A stretch of 62,876 nucleotides of DNA, the filler included, from Asterionella formosa (Eukaryota), in the NCBI GenBank assembly GCA_002256025.1. It is 16 parts of 16 records of this genome, joined end to end, with 100 filler letters (N's around TTAATTAATTAA, not from the genome) between each part and the next. Parts side by side here need not be neighbours in the genome. Positions count along the whole stretch, not along the records: positions 44,131 to 46,124 come from NKIB01000676.1; positions 46,225 to 48,220 come from NKIB01000677.1; positions 48,321 to 50,316 come from NKIB01000679.1; positions 50,417 to 52,411 come from NKIB01000680.1; positions 52,512 to 54,505 come from NKIB01000681.1; positions 54,606 to 56,599 come from NKIB01000682.1; positions 56,700 to 58,692 come from NKIB01000683.1; positions 58,793 to 60,784 come from NKIB01000685.1; 8 more parts are not named here. One strand, 5' to 3'. Below, one piece after another: positions 45,891 through 58,970 of this stretch. How positions within the stretch are numbered: the stretch's first letter is position 1; each line of letters opens with the position of its first letter. A program made the translations under genes and the position numbers. The notes beneath the pieces are model-generated. The model was given only the letters and a program-made list of their open reading frames with translations, ran no database searches and was not told the DNA's origin.

Positions 45891-46297
45891 AAACCATAAA
45901 ATTATCTATTTAGAAACTAAAATAAAAGTAGTATGAGCATAAACTAAATTAGATTACTGGGCACCAACATCTGTGAATAAAATTTCCGCGTTCCCGTCAT
46001 CCCCTTGTTTCAATACCCGGTCGGAAAATGATGTGGCTACTGTGAAGCCATACCTATTACTACTATATGAGTACTGTGAAACTGTAGGTTTGCCCTACCA
46101 GCATTCCCGTCATCCCCTTGTTTCNNNNNNNNNNNNNNNNNNNNNNNNNNNNNNNNNNNNNNNNNNNNTTAATTAATTAANNNNNNNNNNNNNNNNNNNN
46201 NNNNNNNNNNNNNNNNNNNNNNNNCATCAACTGAAAGCAGCAGCAGCACCATTTCTGTCACTGCAACCCTGCCCTATGGTGGTCATCCAAAGAAAAA

Positions 46298-47270
46298 GTG
46301 AAAGAATGTATTTCCAATTCGGCAGCAGAATATATGGTGAGAGAAGAGGAAAAAGAAAAAGGAGGAGAATCACGAGTGAAGCCAAATACACTTACCTGTG
46401 GAATACTGAGAGAAAAGGAGGCAATTGGTATTCTTCCTGCTGTCAATATTAATTTCGAAACAGTTAGAACATGTGCAAAAAGAAAAAAACATCAAGGAAC
46501 AAACACAGAATGCCTCTCACCTATGCTTGAAGTGGAACTTTACATTGTGGAGCTCATTGATCAGTTGAGTAAAATGCGTTCGCCCATCACATGCCGAGAG
46601 GGACTGCAACTTGCAAATTCACTTCTTGGGAAAAAAGTTTTGCGAGATTACGCACAAACAAAAAAGCGGTAGCAGAGCGAGGCTGGGGACCTTTGAACTA
46701 TAATTGCTTGTTGAATCCTGAAATACAGCTGACGAAATTTGGTGTTGTCCCATTGAATTGAATCTCACACAGCAACAGAACCTCTATTACACCTGACCAG
46801 CTCAACCTGCAAGAAGGACTTTCAGGAACTCTTACAAATCAAATTGTTGAATACATAAACAGAGAAGATGTGCGAAATGGTAATGATGCAGCAGAACATG
46901 CAAGGAAAAGAAAGGAAACAGCACAAGCAGAAATCGACACATGCAAATGAATGACCACAGGACTGCACTTTGCTGTTGGAAACACTTGTCTAGGACCACC
47001 GCTTTTTGAGCATATGCTGGAAATCAAACACCGGCATGAAATCCAGGAACAAAACAAGAAGCAGAAATTTAATCAACGGTTTTTTGAATTGTCACAGAAG
47101 GTACAGGCCATCAGATAGACTGGAAAGGAAGCTGGAAGCTACAACGTAGCTGAACTGAAAACAGTGGTGACATGGTACAAGCGCAACGGCGATGCGCAGC
47201 TTCCAATAACCAGACAGAACTTGTTGGCAAGATATTTGGAGACTTGTTGCCGTGGAGAAAAGGATTCTCC
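46298..47270 (+). mobile_element. Internally deleted pogo/Tc1-mariner-like transposase relic
   Basis: CENP-B-like HTH segment (SPMLEVELYIVELIDQLSKMRSPITCREGLQLANSL) and a broken C-terminal piece (YNVAELKTVVTWYKRNGDAQLP). No DDE core seen. Confidence 0.45.
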
Positions 47271-47844
47271 ATATCCAATTCGGCCTCTTGATGTTGTGCT
47301 GGTACCTGGTACCATTTACAACCAGGACCTGGTGCGTCCTACATACGATGTGATGCTCCTTTGTTGTGCGTGAGCCCATTCTGATCATGAGCGAAGTTTT
47401 TGCTTACCTGGTACCTGGTACCCTGGTACATAAAACCATCAGTTGCACACTGCAGCCATAATAATCCAAAAGCTGAAGGCGCACATCGTCTTCGTTTGCT
47501 TGCCTTTGAATGCCTTCCTGTACGCCATGAACGACAATGCAGATCACCATTGCGACGTAACATCACCGAGAAAAGGAAATTGGGTGTTTGGTCCAAAGGG
47601 ATGGGCTAAAGAAAGAATACGACAAGTCTTGGGTTTAGCTTGTGGTTTGACAGTCATCACGTTACTGTTTTAGGGGATAGAATCTGGACAGCCCTTTCGG
47701 TACATGCTGTGGTTCATAGTTGGAGTTGTCATAAATATGCTCTACAATTCTGGCTCCATTCAATCACCGTGGGAGCTGGTGCTTGTATATCTCGGATTTG
47801 GAATGGTCACTACATCTAAGACGCCGTTTACGGCACTTTTTCAA

Positions 47845-48100
47845 ATTTATGTCTAAAGTGACGTATTTATGCTACTTTTCTAAAATATTATGCTACTTTT
47901 TTGGGAATTTATTTGGGTCAAACCAAAATTTATGTGTTCTAAAACAAAATTTATTCTACTTATCTAATAATTATGTGATCAAACCAATAATTATGTGAGT
48001 TCGCAACAATATTTTTTTCCAACTAGCCCTCATAACGGTATAATGGCGAAATTACGCGACTTCACGGCAATATTATGCTGGTCTCACCACATAATTAAGT
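47845..48100. repeat. ~20-21-bp phased WWTTATGY array
   Basis: Cores at about 47845, 47865, 47886, 47907, 47928, 47949, 47969, 47989, 48050 and 48071. Confidence 0.65.
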
Positions 48101-48320
48101 AAAGAGTAACTAATTTCGATTCAATTATTATTTTTTCCTCTATCACATTTTCCCTTGATATCGACTGCCAAAGAACAAACAGCACAAGCAGTTGTTGGCG
48201 CCGATATCCGCATCCACAAANNNNNNNNNNNNNNNNNNNNNNNNNNNNNNNNNNNNNNNNNNNNTTAATTAATTAANNNNNNNNNNNNNNNNNNNNNNNN
48301 NNNNNNNNNNNNNNNNNNNN

Positions 48321-50273
48321 TTTAGTCTAGAGCAGCTAGCAGACATCAAGCCTGAACACATATACAAATGGATGGCTGTGAAGACTTATGGTAAACCAAA
48401 CCCAAGCCAAAACGACAATCCAACATATGGTAGATCAACCTCATTGGAATATTACAAGAAGGCATTGTCCTACTTCATGCCACTCCGGCTCTCGACTTGG
48501 AATGTCATGATCAACTGTGGAAATCCAACCAGATCTGTGCTTGTTCTTGACCTAATCAAGGCTGTAAAGAAAAAGGAGGTCCGCAAGCAGGGAAAAGCAT
48601 CAGCAGCACGTCGTCCACTTGAAGCCCAAGAATTTACCAACACAATAAATGCACTTCGACGATGCAAAGACAGTATCCGCCGCTACCAGATGGTTTCTCT
48701 ATGTTCCTTCCAATTCCACATGGTCGGCCGGATCGACGATTGTGTCCAATTGAAGAAGGAAAACTTGAAACCCAATCTTCGTTTTCCTTTTACCCTGATA
48801 TGTCAGCTGTGTTGGTCCAAGAATGTCAAGGATGAGAGGGATGCACCAGATCAATTCCTCATGGGTGCAATGGACCCACAGTATTGTGTACTACTTAACT
48901 TGGCAATCCACCTCGAGACAGAAGGAATGTCCAATGGCAGCTCATTGGAGAATGACTGGGTTTTTCCTCTTGGAACCGATAATCCTCGGAATGCAAAAAA
49001 TAAGGCATATCGTATCCTGCGAGATGAAGTTTGGTCAGGTAGTGAGTTCAACAAGCTTGGCATCATTGGATTAATTGGAACACACAGCCTTCGTAAATAT
49101 CCCTCAACCCATGCACGAAGGAATGGATGCTCCCGCGATGATATAGATTTCCGCGGTCGCTGGAAACGACACACAAAGCAAGTAGACACTTACATTGATG
49201 TTGATCTTCCATATCCTGATGCCAAGGTGGCAGCAGCCCTGTGTATTGGAGGAGCATGTAAGTATGTGCTCAAAGAGAGTTGCGGTGTGACTGATGATTG
49301 GCTTTTGGAAACTGTTGCTCCAAATATTCTCCTGCAGTTCCCACGTGAAGTAGCATTGACGCTAGCACGGCCACTACTATTGGCCGTTTTTGAGCCACAC
49401 CTACAGGGCTACCTACCAGATACACTGACAGAGCGCGTCAGGTCAGCATACGCATTTGTGCGTCGCCTTCCAGCAGCTGCCGATCCAGTGGAAAAAATTC
49501 CTATTATTATTACTGGTGCAGAAGGTGAGGTATATATTGACGAAATTGGTGCGGATCTCGATCAAGGTGTATGCAAGGTGGTACCACAAGGGGAACAGCC
49601 GGCAGGTGGAGCACAACGACGACTAGCTGGTCAGCAGAGGAATGTGGTACTTGGGCTGTATTCACTGCAGAAGGAAACACAACGAGACATGAAAGAGATG
49701 CAGGCGCAAATAGTGGTACTCAAGTCAGCTATGCAAAAGGGGATGACAAAGTTGAATACAAGTCTCAATCGCCTTACAAGAATGTCAGGGCAAAGGTTTA
49801 AAGTTGATGGTCTCAAGGTCGCCCCTACAGCTGCGCCCCCAACTTTCAATGATGAAAATTTCGAATTTCAGGCTCCAGGAGTGAATAACAATCAAAACGA
49901 CAATGAACTACAAGTCGAAAATGAATTCGGATTTGATGTGGGTGTAATGGTTGTGGAGCCAAAATACCACAGCAGTCTTAGTAAGACCCCAAAGACACTC
50001 TTTGTACTCTGGCAGGAGTTTGAAGTGGGAATTGGTGGTCGAAAGCCTGCGAGGCTATTTACAAGGGTTGAAAGGGGGCGTGTAAAGTGCCTCTATTGTC
50101 GGCGCAAGGTTTTGTGGGAAGCAGTGGCACGCTTAGCTCGAGCTGGATATACTGCTCATGTAGCCATTGACCGCATTTATGAAGCAAATGGTGTTGACAA
50201 AACAGTCTCCCAGATAATCAACCAAATGATGAAGGATCGTCGCAATGGTGGGCATCCACTTCTACAAGTTTAG
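48321..50273 (+). mobile_element. Crypton (CryptonS/F-like) tyrosine recombinase with C-terminal GCR1_C-like domain; 5'-partial, open frame
   Basis: Catalytic set R (GRIDD), K (WSKN), HxxR (THSLRK), W (RGRW) and Y (VDTYID). CGNPTRS, a coiled coil, and LWQEFEVGIGGRKPA...RRK. The frame is open from the contig start. Confidence 0.88.
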
Positions 50274-50418
50274 GTTCCTGGAAATAACAATACATCGACT
50301 ATCATTAACACTAAAANNNNNNNNNNNNNNNNNNNNNNNNNNNNNNNNNNNNNNNNNNNNTTAATTAATTAANNNNNNNNNNNNNNNNNNNNNNNNNNNN
50401 NNNNNNNNNNNNNNNNAA

Positions 50419-52411
50419 TATGCAACCCTTGATTTTGGAGATGGCAATCTGTCTTTCGAACAGTACGAGTTGCAAAAGAAACTGTTGATTCCTATTGAAA
50501 TTTGGTATAAGGTTTTGCGGCTTTTGTGTGCATCCCTCAATGACGTTGGCGACCTCAAGCAATTGTGTATGCTAGACACACCCCAAGCTGAGAAAATTTC
50601 ATATAGGCTGCGTTTTTTCATTGTTCCAGAGCCGCTGGGCTTTTTCTTTTGGGTGCTCGCCACCAATGAATTCAATCAATTCGAAAGGACTCTCCCAAGC
50701 CTCGATTTGAATCATGAACCAATAACTAACTGGACCGTTTTGGAAATCTTGGTGGATCTTGGAACAAAAGATGCGGCCGATATATTCTTTCAGATAGAGG
50801 AACAGCTGAGAGGGTCCGAAGAACAGGATCGGCAGGAAATCTCCATCTATAAACATAGCGCAACAAAAGTAGCATCATTTCAGTCCATTGCTCAAGTTAA
50901 AAAAGAGACATGGCAAAAGGTTGCCAATAGGGCAAAGTTGTCCACGCTTCCCATGCTCAAAGAGTGGGGTGATAAATACGGAAGTTTTCTTGGAAAATAT
51001 CTAATACAGGAGGAGAAGCATTTGTCAGATACCTGTGTTGTTTATTTTGGAACAGAAATAAATGATGTATCTGCAAACACGAAAGAAACCAATGTTAAAG
51101 TTGAACAAAAGAAAGAAACCAATGTAGCTCTCAAGTTCTTTAAAGACAGAACCGCCTTCCTGCGTGAATTGGAAAAGCGGGACGTGATCAGGAGCAAAGT
51201 TACTGCTACCGATCCTGCAAACCAATTTGTTATTGGTGTGAGAGCTGCATATTCAGACAACAAGAAAGGGCTGGATGCATCTGCTTATCCGCATGTTGAG
51301 TGTAACCAGACGATCGAATGGAAAAGGCATAAAGGAGACATTGAATTCAATCATCTCCTAGTCATGGAACGTGGGGGAAGGAATGACCTCAGTGATGTTA
51401 TATCGGGTCGAAACATTGCAGGCAAGGATTCACTAATGGTGCGTTCCATTGCAATCCAAATTGCCAAGTGCCTTCAGTTTCTTAATGAAACGTGTGAAGT
51501 TATGCACGGAGATGTGAAGGCTCGAAATTTCGTGTCTCGTGGTGAGGGTGTTGGATATGCTGTGATCGATTTTGACAATGCGGCATTAATTGGCTTGGAA
51601 GAGGCTGGTCAGAAGCAAACAAGCTCTGGATACTTGCCTCCCGAACAGGCTGCTGTTGAGTACCATAAGCTAAACAAGGAACATGGTGAGAGTCCTCCGA
51701 AAGTTCAAGCCAGTCGTGAATATGACATGTGGTGCTTTGGAGTCCTTCTTTATTATCTCTGCACTGGTAAACAACTTTTTGTTATGGATGTTCGTGAAGA
51801 AGTGGAGCTGGATGAGCTAAGCAAAATAGTAAATTGGAGTGACAGAGATTGTGTTGAAAAGGTCAATACCTATATGCGGGACAACAATGACTGGAATCCC
51901 ATGAAACCTCTGCTTATAAGATTGCTGAAGAGAAATCCAGAAGAGCGCCATCGTTGTTGGGCGGATATCATTAGTAAACTTCAGGACGTTGGCGTGGCAA
52001 TTGCTGATGCAGGAGGTATCGCAGTGATTCTTTCTGCTATGAAGACTCATCCGAGTAATGCCGATGTGCAACAAAATGGTTGTGCAACACCTCAGAATTT
52101 GGCTGTGAATTATGACAAGAACAGGATGGCAATTGCCAAAGTAGGAGGTATCACTACAATTCTTGAAGCTATGATAACTCATTCCTCCAGGGCGGATGTG
52201 CAAGAGTATGGTTGTGCAGCACTTTGGAAATTGGCTGAGAATGACAACAACCAGGTGATGATTAATGATGAAGGAGGTACTGCAATGATTGTGTCTCGGA
52301 TGGAAAGTCATCCATTTAATATCAATATGCAACACTATGGATGTGCAGCACTTCAGAACTTGGCTTTGAATGAAAAGAACAGGGTGGCAATTGCTGAAGC
52401 AAAAGGTATCA
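50419..52411 (+). CDS. Ser/Thr protein kinase fused to C-terminal armadillo (aardvark-like) repeats, partial at both ends
   Basis: VALKF, LVME, HGDVKARN, IDFD, GYLPPE and DMWCFG. Then ~42-aa repeats GGIxxILxAMxxH...VQxxGCxALxNLA. Confidence 0.87.
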
Positions 52412-54028
52412 NNNNNNNNNNNNNNNNNNNNNNNNNNNNNNNNNNNNNNNNNNNNTTAATTAATTAANNNNNNNNNNNNNNNNNNNNNNNNNNNNNNNNN
52501 NNNNNNNNNNNGTGCTTCTAGTTACGAAAAATTGTGATTCTATTGACACCGAATTTTTGCCAAACAAAGGATAACATACAGATTTGCTACAAGCCGGCCG
52601 TCCATTTCATCATTTCCGAAAAATATTTAAATAGGATGTGCTGTTAGCCAGAGAATTATCAGAGCTGGCGATTCATGAGAGGCAGCAGTGAGAGACCTGA
52701 AGTTTGGTTTCAGCTATACATGAATAGAGGGAGTTTGATTTTAAAATTTTCCGGCTTTTCTGATTTTCACTGTTGTTGCCCAGCATCCTCTTGAGCAAAA
52801 TGCAGATGTCTGAACCCCCATGGCTCCTTTTGCCACCACAGTCAGACTTCCATGACTGTGGTCGCCTCGCCAACTTTATGTTCCACCTTTCCAGCCGCTT
52901 CAAATGCCATCCTAAGTGGTACATCCCATCATAGTTTTATTGTTTCCCCACACCTTTTCATTATTTCCTCATTTGGCTGGATTGCCTGACCTGTTCCTGC
53001 CAGCCTCCAACCCCATTAAAAAAATTTGTAACTTGTTCCATCAAACCGGCTTGACTACTATCATACAATGCGTATACACTTTTAGAAGTTTGATTTCCAA
53101 CTTCTGCACCATCCATGTGAGATCATTTCATGATTTTCTCATCATAATTAAACCTCCTTCTTGCTCCCCAAAAAGGAGTAGTCCTAGCTAGCATCAGCCA
53201 GACATTTCGCCCTTCATCATCATCATCCATGTGGAATTCATGGAGCAAAACTACTATAATTGTCTCCCACCAGTGCCACCATCACACTTTCTTCCAAGCT
53301 AATAGTAAAACCGTCATTTACTGCAACTCCCACAGTATTTACCATGTCGCACAATCTTTGCATAATGGTTGATATATGATATACCGATACCTACTCCACG
53401 TACAGATCATAAAGTGGATGTACGACCAATGGTATTCTGCGTACGAACACGATCATGTGCATGTCGTCTGTGTGTGTACCAGGTACGAAATGTTGCGTTG
53501 AGTATGCATCATACATAGCATTTATGTGTGTACCGGTACTAGGTACACATATTACAGGCACCATGGACTACAGTATACGTAGGTGCTATGTATGTAAGAT
53601 ACAATGATCAGCGAATCTTTCTTGTTGCATTGAGTATACTGTTATACGGTATGCCGGTACGTATGCTATTTGTCATATGATTACATGTCCTGCATCATAC
53701 ATGGGATATTCCGGTCGGTGCATGTATTAGCAACAGTACCATTAAAATATTTAATAATTATTGGTATACTTCTGACGCGCTGCTTGTTCGGTTGAAGATA
53801 AATGAAACAAAAAAGCAACAAACCAACCAACCAAAGATACCGGGTAACAAGAAGATATCATCATTGCAAGAGCCGATAGTAGTGAATGTCAAACTCATCC
53901 ATTGATCTAAATAAAACCTGATTTACTGATTCTCTTTATCGATTTTATAACTTATCTAAACAGACAGTGGTTTCCCTTTTTGTTTGATTCGACCTCTCTC
54001 TCTCTCCCTCTCTCTCTCTCTCCGTATC

Positions 54029-54505
54029 ATGGGTTGTAACGGCAGCAAGGATGCTGCCAGTCCTCCTGCTGCTGCTACTGCTGCTGGTGGCAGCCATGGC
54101 CCTTCCAAGTCAGGCGCCATCATCACGGCAAAGTCTGCAGCAAGCGATGCCTTGAAGAATCTGGCAGCACTTCCTACAATGATCAATCACGCTGTTGTTG
54201 CTACTGGTGTCATGACGGGACAAATCAAGGCGGGGGCACATCATTTGAAAAATGTCTTTGCATCTCCACTATTGAATATAGATAACTTTACAGCACCTGT
54301 CCATCCGAAAACACACGAAGAACAATTATTTATTGAACATGCCGTCTTGATGAACTTTGTCTTTAGTACCATGTCACCTCGGGAAATGAAAACCATGATT
54401 GCTGCTTTTGAAAAAGTTCATGTACCTAACGATGATGTTATTATTCAACAAGGTGATCAAGGAGACTACTTTTATGTACTGCTTCACGGTCAAGTTAGAT
54501 TCGAA
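54029..54505 (+). CDS. Cyclic-nucleotide-binding protein (PKG or PKA-regulatory-like), 3'-truncated, with N-acylation motif
   Basis: MGCNGSK start after a (CT)n tract. PVHPKT..EQLFI...NFVF and IIQQGDQGDYFYVLLHG form a cNMP domain. Confidence 0.85.
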
Positions 54506-54605
54506 NNNNNNNNNNNNNNNNNNNNNNNNNNNNNNNNNNNNNNNNNNNNTTAATTAATTAANNNNNNNNNNNNNNNNNNNNNNNNNNNNNNNNNNNNNNN
54601 NNNNN

Positions 54606-56599
54606 TTGTGTCTCAAGGCCCAGAACCACGGACATGACCAAAAGCGCACAGACAGTAGACCACTGGACCACAGGGGCATAGGTTTCAAAATAGTCAATAC
54701 CTTCCTTCTGTAGATCCCCGCGTACACAAAACCGTGCTTTGCATTTGCGAACACGACCATCTGGAAAGAGCTTGCGCTTGAAGGCCCACGTGCCTGGTAG
54801 AACCTTATGGTTAATAACCGATGAACGGGGCACAAGCGTCCAAGTATTCTTTTTGGTTAAAGCAGTGACTTCAGTGACCATAGCTTCACGAAACAATTCG
54901 GAATCAGGCCCAGACATAGCCTCGTGATAGCGAGGATTATCAGGGTCCATTTTACGTGCCATGGCGGCGTAGATAAGAGGATCAGAACACTCAAGAAGTC
55001 CAGTGACAGGGTCGGTCATTACAGCACACATATAGTCCATTGCAGAATCAGACGCACTGACTTCAGAACATTCAACAAGACCAGCAAAGAATGCATTGGA
55101 AAGGTATCCTCCTGGTACAAAACGAGTGGGCCCGATTCCGCGTGTAGAACGAGTACTGCGGCGGGGAGAAGGGATGTTTGGAGGGAAAATTGCAATTTCA
55201 GGAGATGGAGGCTTTTCTGGTGGAAAAATAGGAATGGATGCTGGTGGTGGTGGCATCGTAGCTGGAATAATGATGGGAACAGGAGGAGGAACAAAAGGAA
55301 GAGAAACAAATTTGGACTCTCTCTGATTTGGTAGTTCATCGGGAGGTAGGTTCAAACGGGGAAAGATCTTAGATTCTTTTAGTAGGAGCCGGCGACGGGA
55401 AATGTCATCTGGTTCTAGCCACTCATCAGCAAGTGTGAAGTTTGTGTGTTCGTCAAATTTGGTCTCAAACCGGGACTCGTGAAAGATAGTTTCCCAATTT
55501 TCCGGAGGGTCGTCGGATATATTTAGCGAGGAAACGGTCGAGAAAAGATCATCAAAGACGACATGAAATTGTGGAGAAATATGTCCTCTTGTCAGATTAA
55601 GTACCAAGGGAACATTGGTACTATGAACATGGGAGATGCCAACAAAGATGGCGCGGCGGGAGCGAGGTTGCCAGCGTGGAAGCTTTTGTCCATTTTGTAA
55701 TTTTGGGTCAAGGACATAACAAGGACAACCCCAAACGTGTAAGTCCTTCAATCCATGACGTGGAAGGATGGATTTCGTAAATAAGTCCATGGGAGATTGT
55801 CCAGTCTTGGAAGTGGGCACATGGTTGTACAAATGTACTGCATAGTCCACCACCATAGGCCAGAGAGCAGGGTCAGCTGTAGAAGGCCAACGAATGGAAG
55901 CATGTAGCATCATGACACGGGCCATGTTGGAAACAGTGCGAATAATGCGTTCTGCAACACCATTTTGATGGTGAGCTCCAACACCACAAAATTTTACAAT
56001 TTGCCCTTTAGTTTGAATGACATCGACAAATTCACTGGCTCCAAAGCTGCCATTATCAGTAGTATATTTGCCAATCAAAACTCCAGAATTATAGCTCCAA
56101 TTTTCAAAAGCCATTTTAGCTTGCAGAGTTTCTAGGACAGTGAATCCAACTTGATGCTGAATGAAAAGTAGGCCAGATGAGTGATCAGTAAATATGCATC
56201 CCCCTTTGTACATATCGGTTGGTGAAGTCTTTCCTCTAGAAGTGTAAAGACGACCAGGGACCTTAGAAACAAAATGGTCAACAGAAACACCGGAGCCGGG
56301 ATAAAGGTCATTTGCTTTCACTCCCCCTTCTTTTTCCGGTGTCGGGGTGGATGTGGATGCCTGTAAGGGTTTACGGTGCGCCTTCCCGTATTCACAGGCA
56401 GCGCATTTTGGAGGAGTGCAGCGCGAAGCCGCTCGAATTTTCTGGGATGTACCAAATGATGGCTGACGTAGAAGAAATTGAATGGTGTCTGAGCAGAGGT
56501 GGCCAAGACGGAAGTGCCAGTGAAGATATTCCTTTTGAGCCTCAGTAAGGTTTTGGTTTGTTTCGTCTGTGACACATAAATTAAGGGAGGCTTCTTTGT
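54606..56599 (-). mobile_element. Ty1/Copia (CoDi-like) pol: pre-integrase HHCC, integrase and start of RT; open across the whole contig
   Basis: The frame continues upstream of 56321 as WHFRLGH...CAACEYGK. Then VSVDHF, TDNG, HHQNGVAER, VWGCPCYVLD, SPQFHVVFDD, WAFKRK, KARFCVRGD and YAPVVQW, in Copia IN-before-RT order. Confidence 0.95.
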
Positions 56600-56699
56600 N
56601 NNNNNNNNNNNNNNNNNNNNNNNNNNNNNNNNNNNNNNNNNNNTTAATTAATTAANNNNNNNNNNNNNNNNNNNNNNNNNNNNNNNNNNNNNNNNNNNN

Positions 56700-58567
56700 T
56701 CATTGTAATCAATATTCTTCTCAGGAACATTTGGTTGAAGTGGTTCAACATCTTGATGCATATCCTCTTCACTTACGTTGGGAAATGAGAAGTATGAGTG
56801 TGGGCAGATGATATTTGTGGTGGAAGTAGCAATTCAACTAGGATTCCCTCCATATTCAGATCGATTCATTTGTGAAAGTCCAGTGTAGATTTCCTTATAA
56901 TAAACAAGTAAATCATCAGTTGCTTCATTGATCAGTGAGACCATTTGAAACTGAACTTTCTTCCCTCACACTTTTTTGATAAGTGGCATCCCACCCATGT
57001 CGACAAAATCAGTAGAATGACGAATATCGTTCTCTGAAATTTCCTGTGTATCTGGATTGAAACCCAAATATTTTTGTTGCAGTCGGAATTTTCCTTTCAG
57101 CACCAAGAAGCAAAATGCTTCTTTACTGGCATTGATCAGCAAACTGACAAAATGTGATTGCAATTCACACTGTGCCCGAACACTGAGTTGACAATTGGTC
57201 ACAACAGATTGGTTCTCCACGGCTTGTCCGGCCTATAAAATACACTGGAGCAAGAACATCACGCCAGACTTGGTATCCATGGCTTCGCCTGTCAATGTCC
57301 TTTGACTGCGCAAAACGATAAAGCGTCAACGCCCACCTAATAAAGTCATCAATATCCATAGTCTGGAAGTTATATTCTGTTAGACCAGCTGGTGTGTCAT
57401 GAATTATTTTAGCATTTTTAAATTGGAACATATTTGATAAGAATATAATCACCAAATCAAAACATCATGCTTTGGGAGCATCTCCCTGCAACTTACCTAA
57501 GATTCCTTTGAATTGATTATTCAATACATTCTGACATTCTCTCAACTTTTTAATGCACATGCCACCAAAGGTTTATTTGATGTAATCTAAACGTGCCTTG
57601 TTGACACATTCAATAGTCTGATTCATTGGAAGTAACGCATCGGAACCATTCCATATGAAATCGGCAAGCTCTTCTTGGTCACTCTCCACTTCTTTGCCTA
57701 ACTCCGGTTTCACTGTGTATAGCTGAGTTAGGCAACATTGGGCAAACCAATCCTGTTTGTGATTGGAAATGCCTTTCATACTACTTGGACCAGATAGGGC
57801 GGGATGTTTCATTCTCTTTTGGGACCGGAAAAAAACACAATAGATTGATATTCTGTTTTACAGTAACTGCAATTCGCGAACTATAACATCAAACTTACAT
57901 GTTCACAGCAAAACGTCTTGGTCTTGAAAATAAAACTCACAACCTTTGTGACAATTGATGGTTCAATTTTAGCTAAGCGAGAATGATGTTCTGATAAGGC
58001 TGCTGAAATTGAATAGTCTTGATAACCTTGTATGGACGAGTTTTGAACCGAATTACGACCTTTGTAGTGATTGAGTTCATTGACCAATTGATAATATCCT
58101 TTGGCCAGTGCAAAATGTTTTTCCCTCAGTTTGTCATGTACTTGTTGGTCCGTGCAATTAGAAAATTTATGATATGGTACCATGTCATCCATCTGCATCC
58201 ACGAGTTATGAATGGAATCATCGACAGGAGCCAATTTTCTTGTATCAATAACTGAAGTAGAAACGTCATCATCGCTGTCAGTATCAATTACGGGATCCTT
58301 TGTACTAGTAGCTGATGGTGTCCCCATCGACGATGGGGTATTACCCCCAATGTCTCCCAATCGCTGATTGGGTTGCTTTGGATAATCGCCTATTCGCTTT
58401 TTCTTTGTTAACTCATTTTGGAACTTGCTTCTTTGTTCCATACCAGCAGTAGCTATTTGCCACATGTCGCTTGTTTCCATGAACCTCTTTATAGTTTCTT
58501 GAAGACATTGTACTACTTGATAACTGTTGTCGTTGTCTTCCTTAAAGTTCGATGATCTTAAATTCAT
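56700..58567 (-). pseudogene. Decayed member of an unknown multicopy family (paralog of 2180-3500)
   Basis: Collinear broken ORFs 57881-58567, 57573-57812, 57165-57455 and 56966-57220. The first three match contig 2099-4096. Confidence 0.75.
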
Positions 58568-58970
58568 TTACTGTCCCGCTGCAGTAGCAGCAGTCATAGA
58601 CATATGGTGTTCTGTTGCTTGCTTATTACTCCGACTATTGGTTTTTAGTTTTACGATCATACAATCCTAAAACTATGATGATTTACTGTCCCNNNNNNNN
58701 NNNNNNNNNNNNNNNNNNNNNNNNNNNNNNNNNNNNTTAATTAATTAANNNNNNNNNNNNNNNNNNNNNNNNNNNNNNNNNNNNNNNNNNNNTTGATGTT
58801 GCATGTTACAATCATTCTCGTGTGTTTTACGCTTGTTGTACCATCTCTATGCATATTACCGATATTCTGGTTGTCACGCTAAAATCGGCAATTTTATTGC
58901 CGAAAAATTCGATGTGCCCCATATTGCCCTTAAATAAAAATTACTTAAGAAATTACTTAGAGCGTAAAAA

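Noticed and set aside
47443..47820. Hydrophobic broken reading frame, possibly a membrane-protein pseudogene
   Set aside because: It has an internal stop and no recognisable family; too weak to call.
52512..53350. CpG-poor stretch with short ORFs that may be a decayed element
   Set aside because: I found no recognisable motif in any frame I read, so I cannot support a call.
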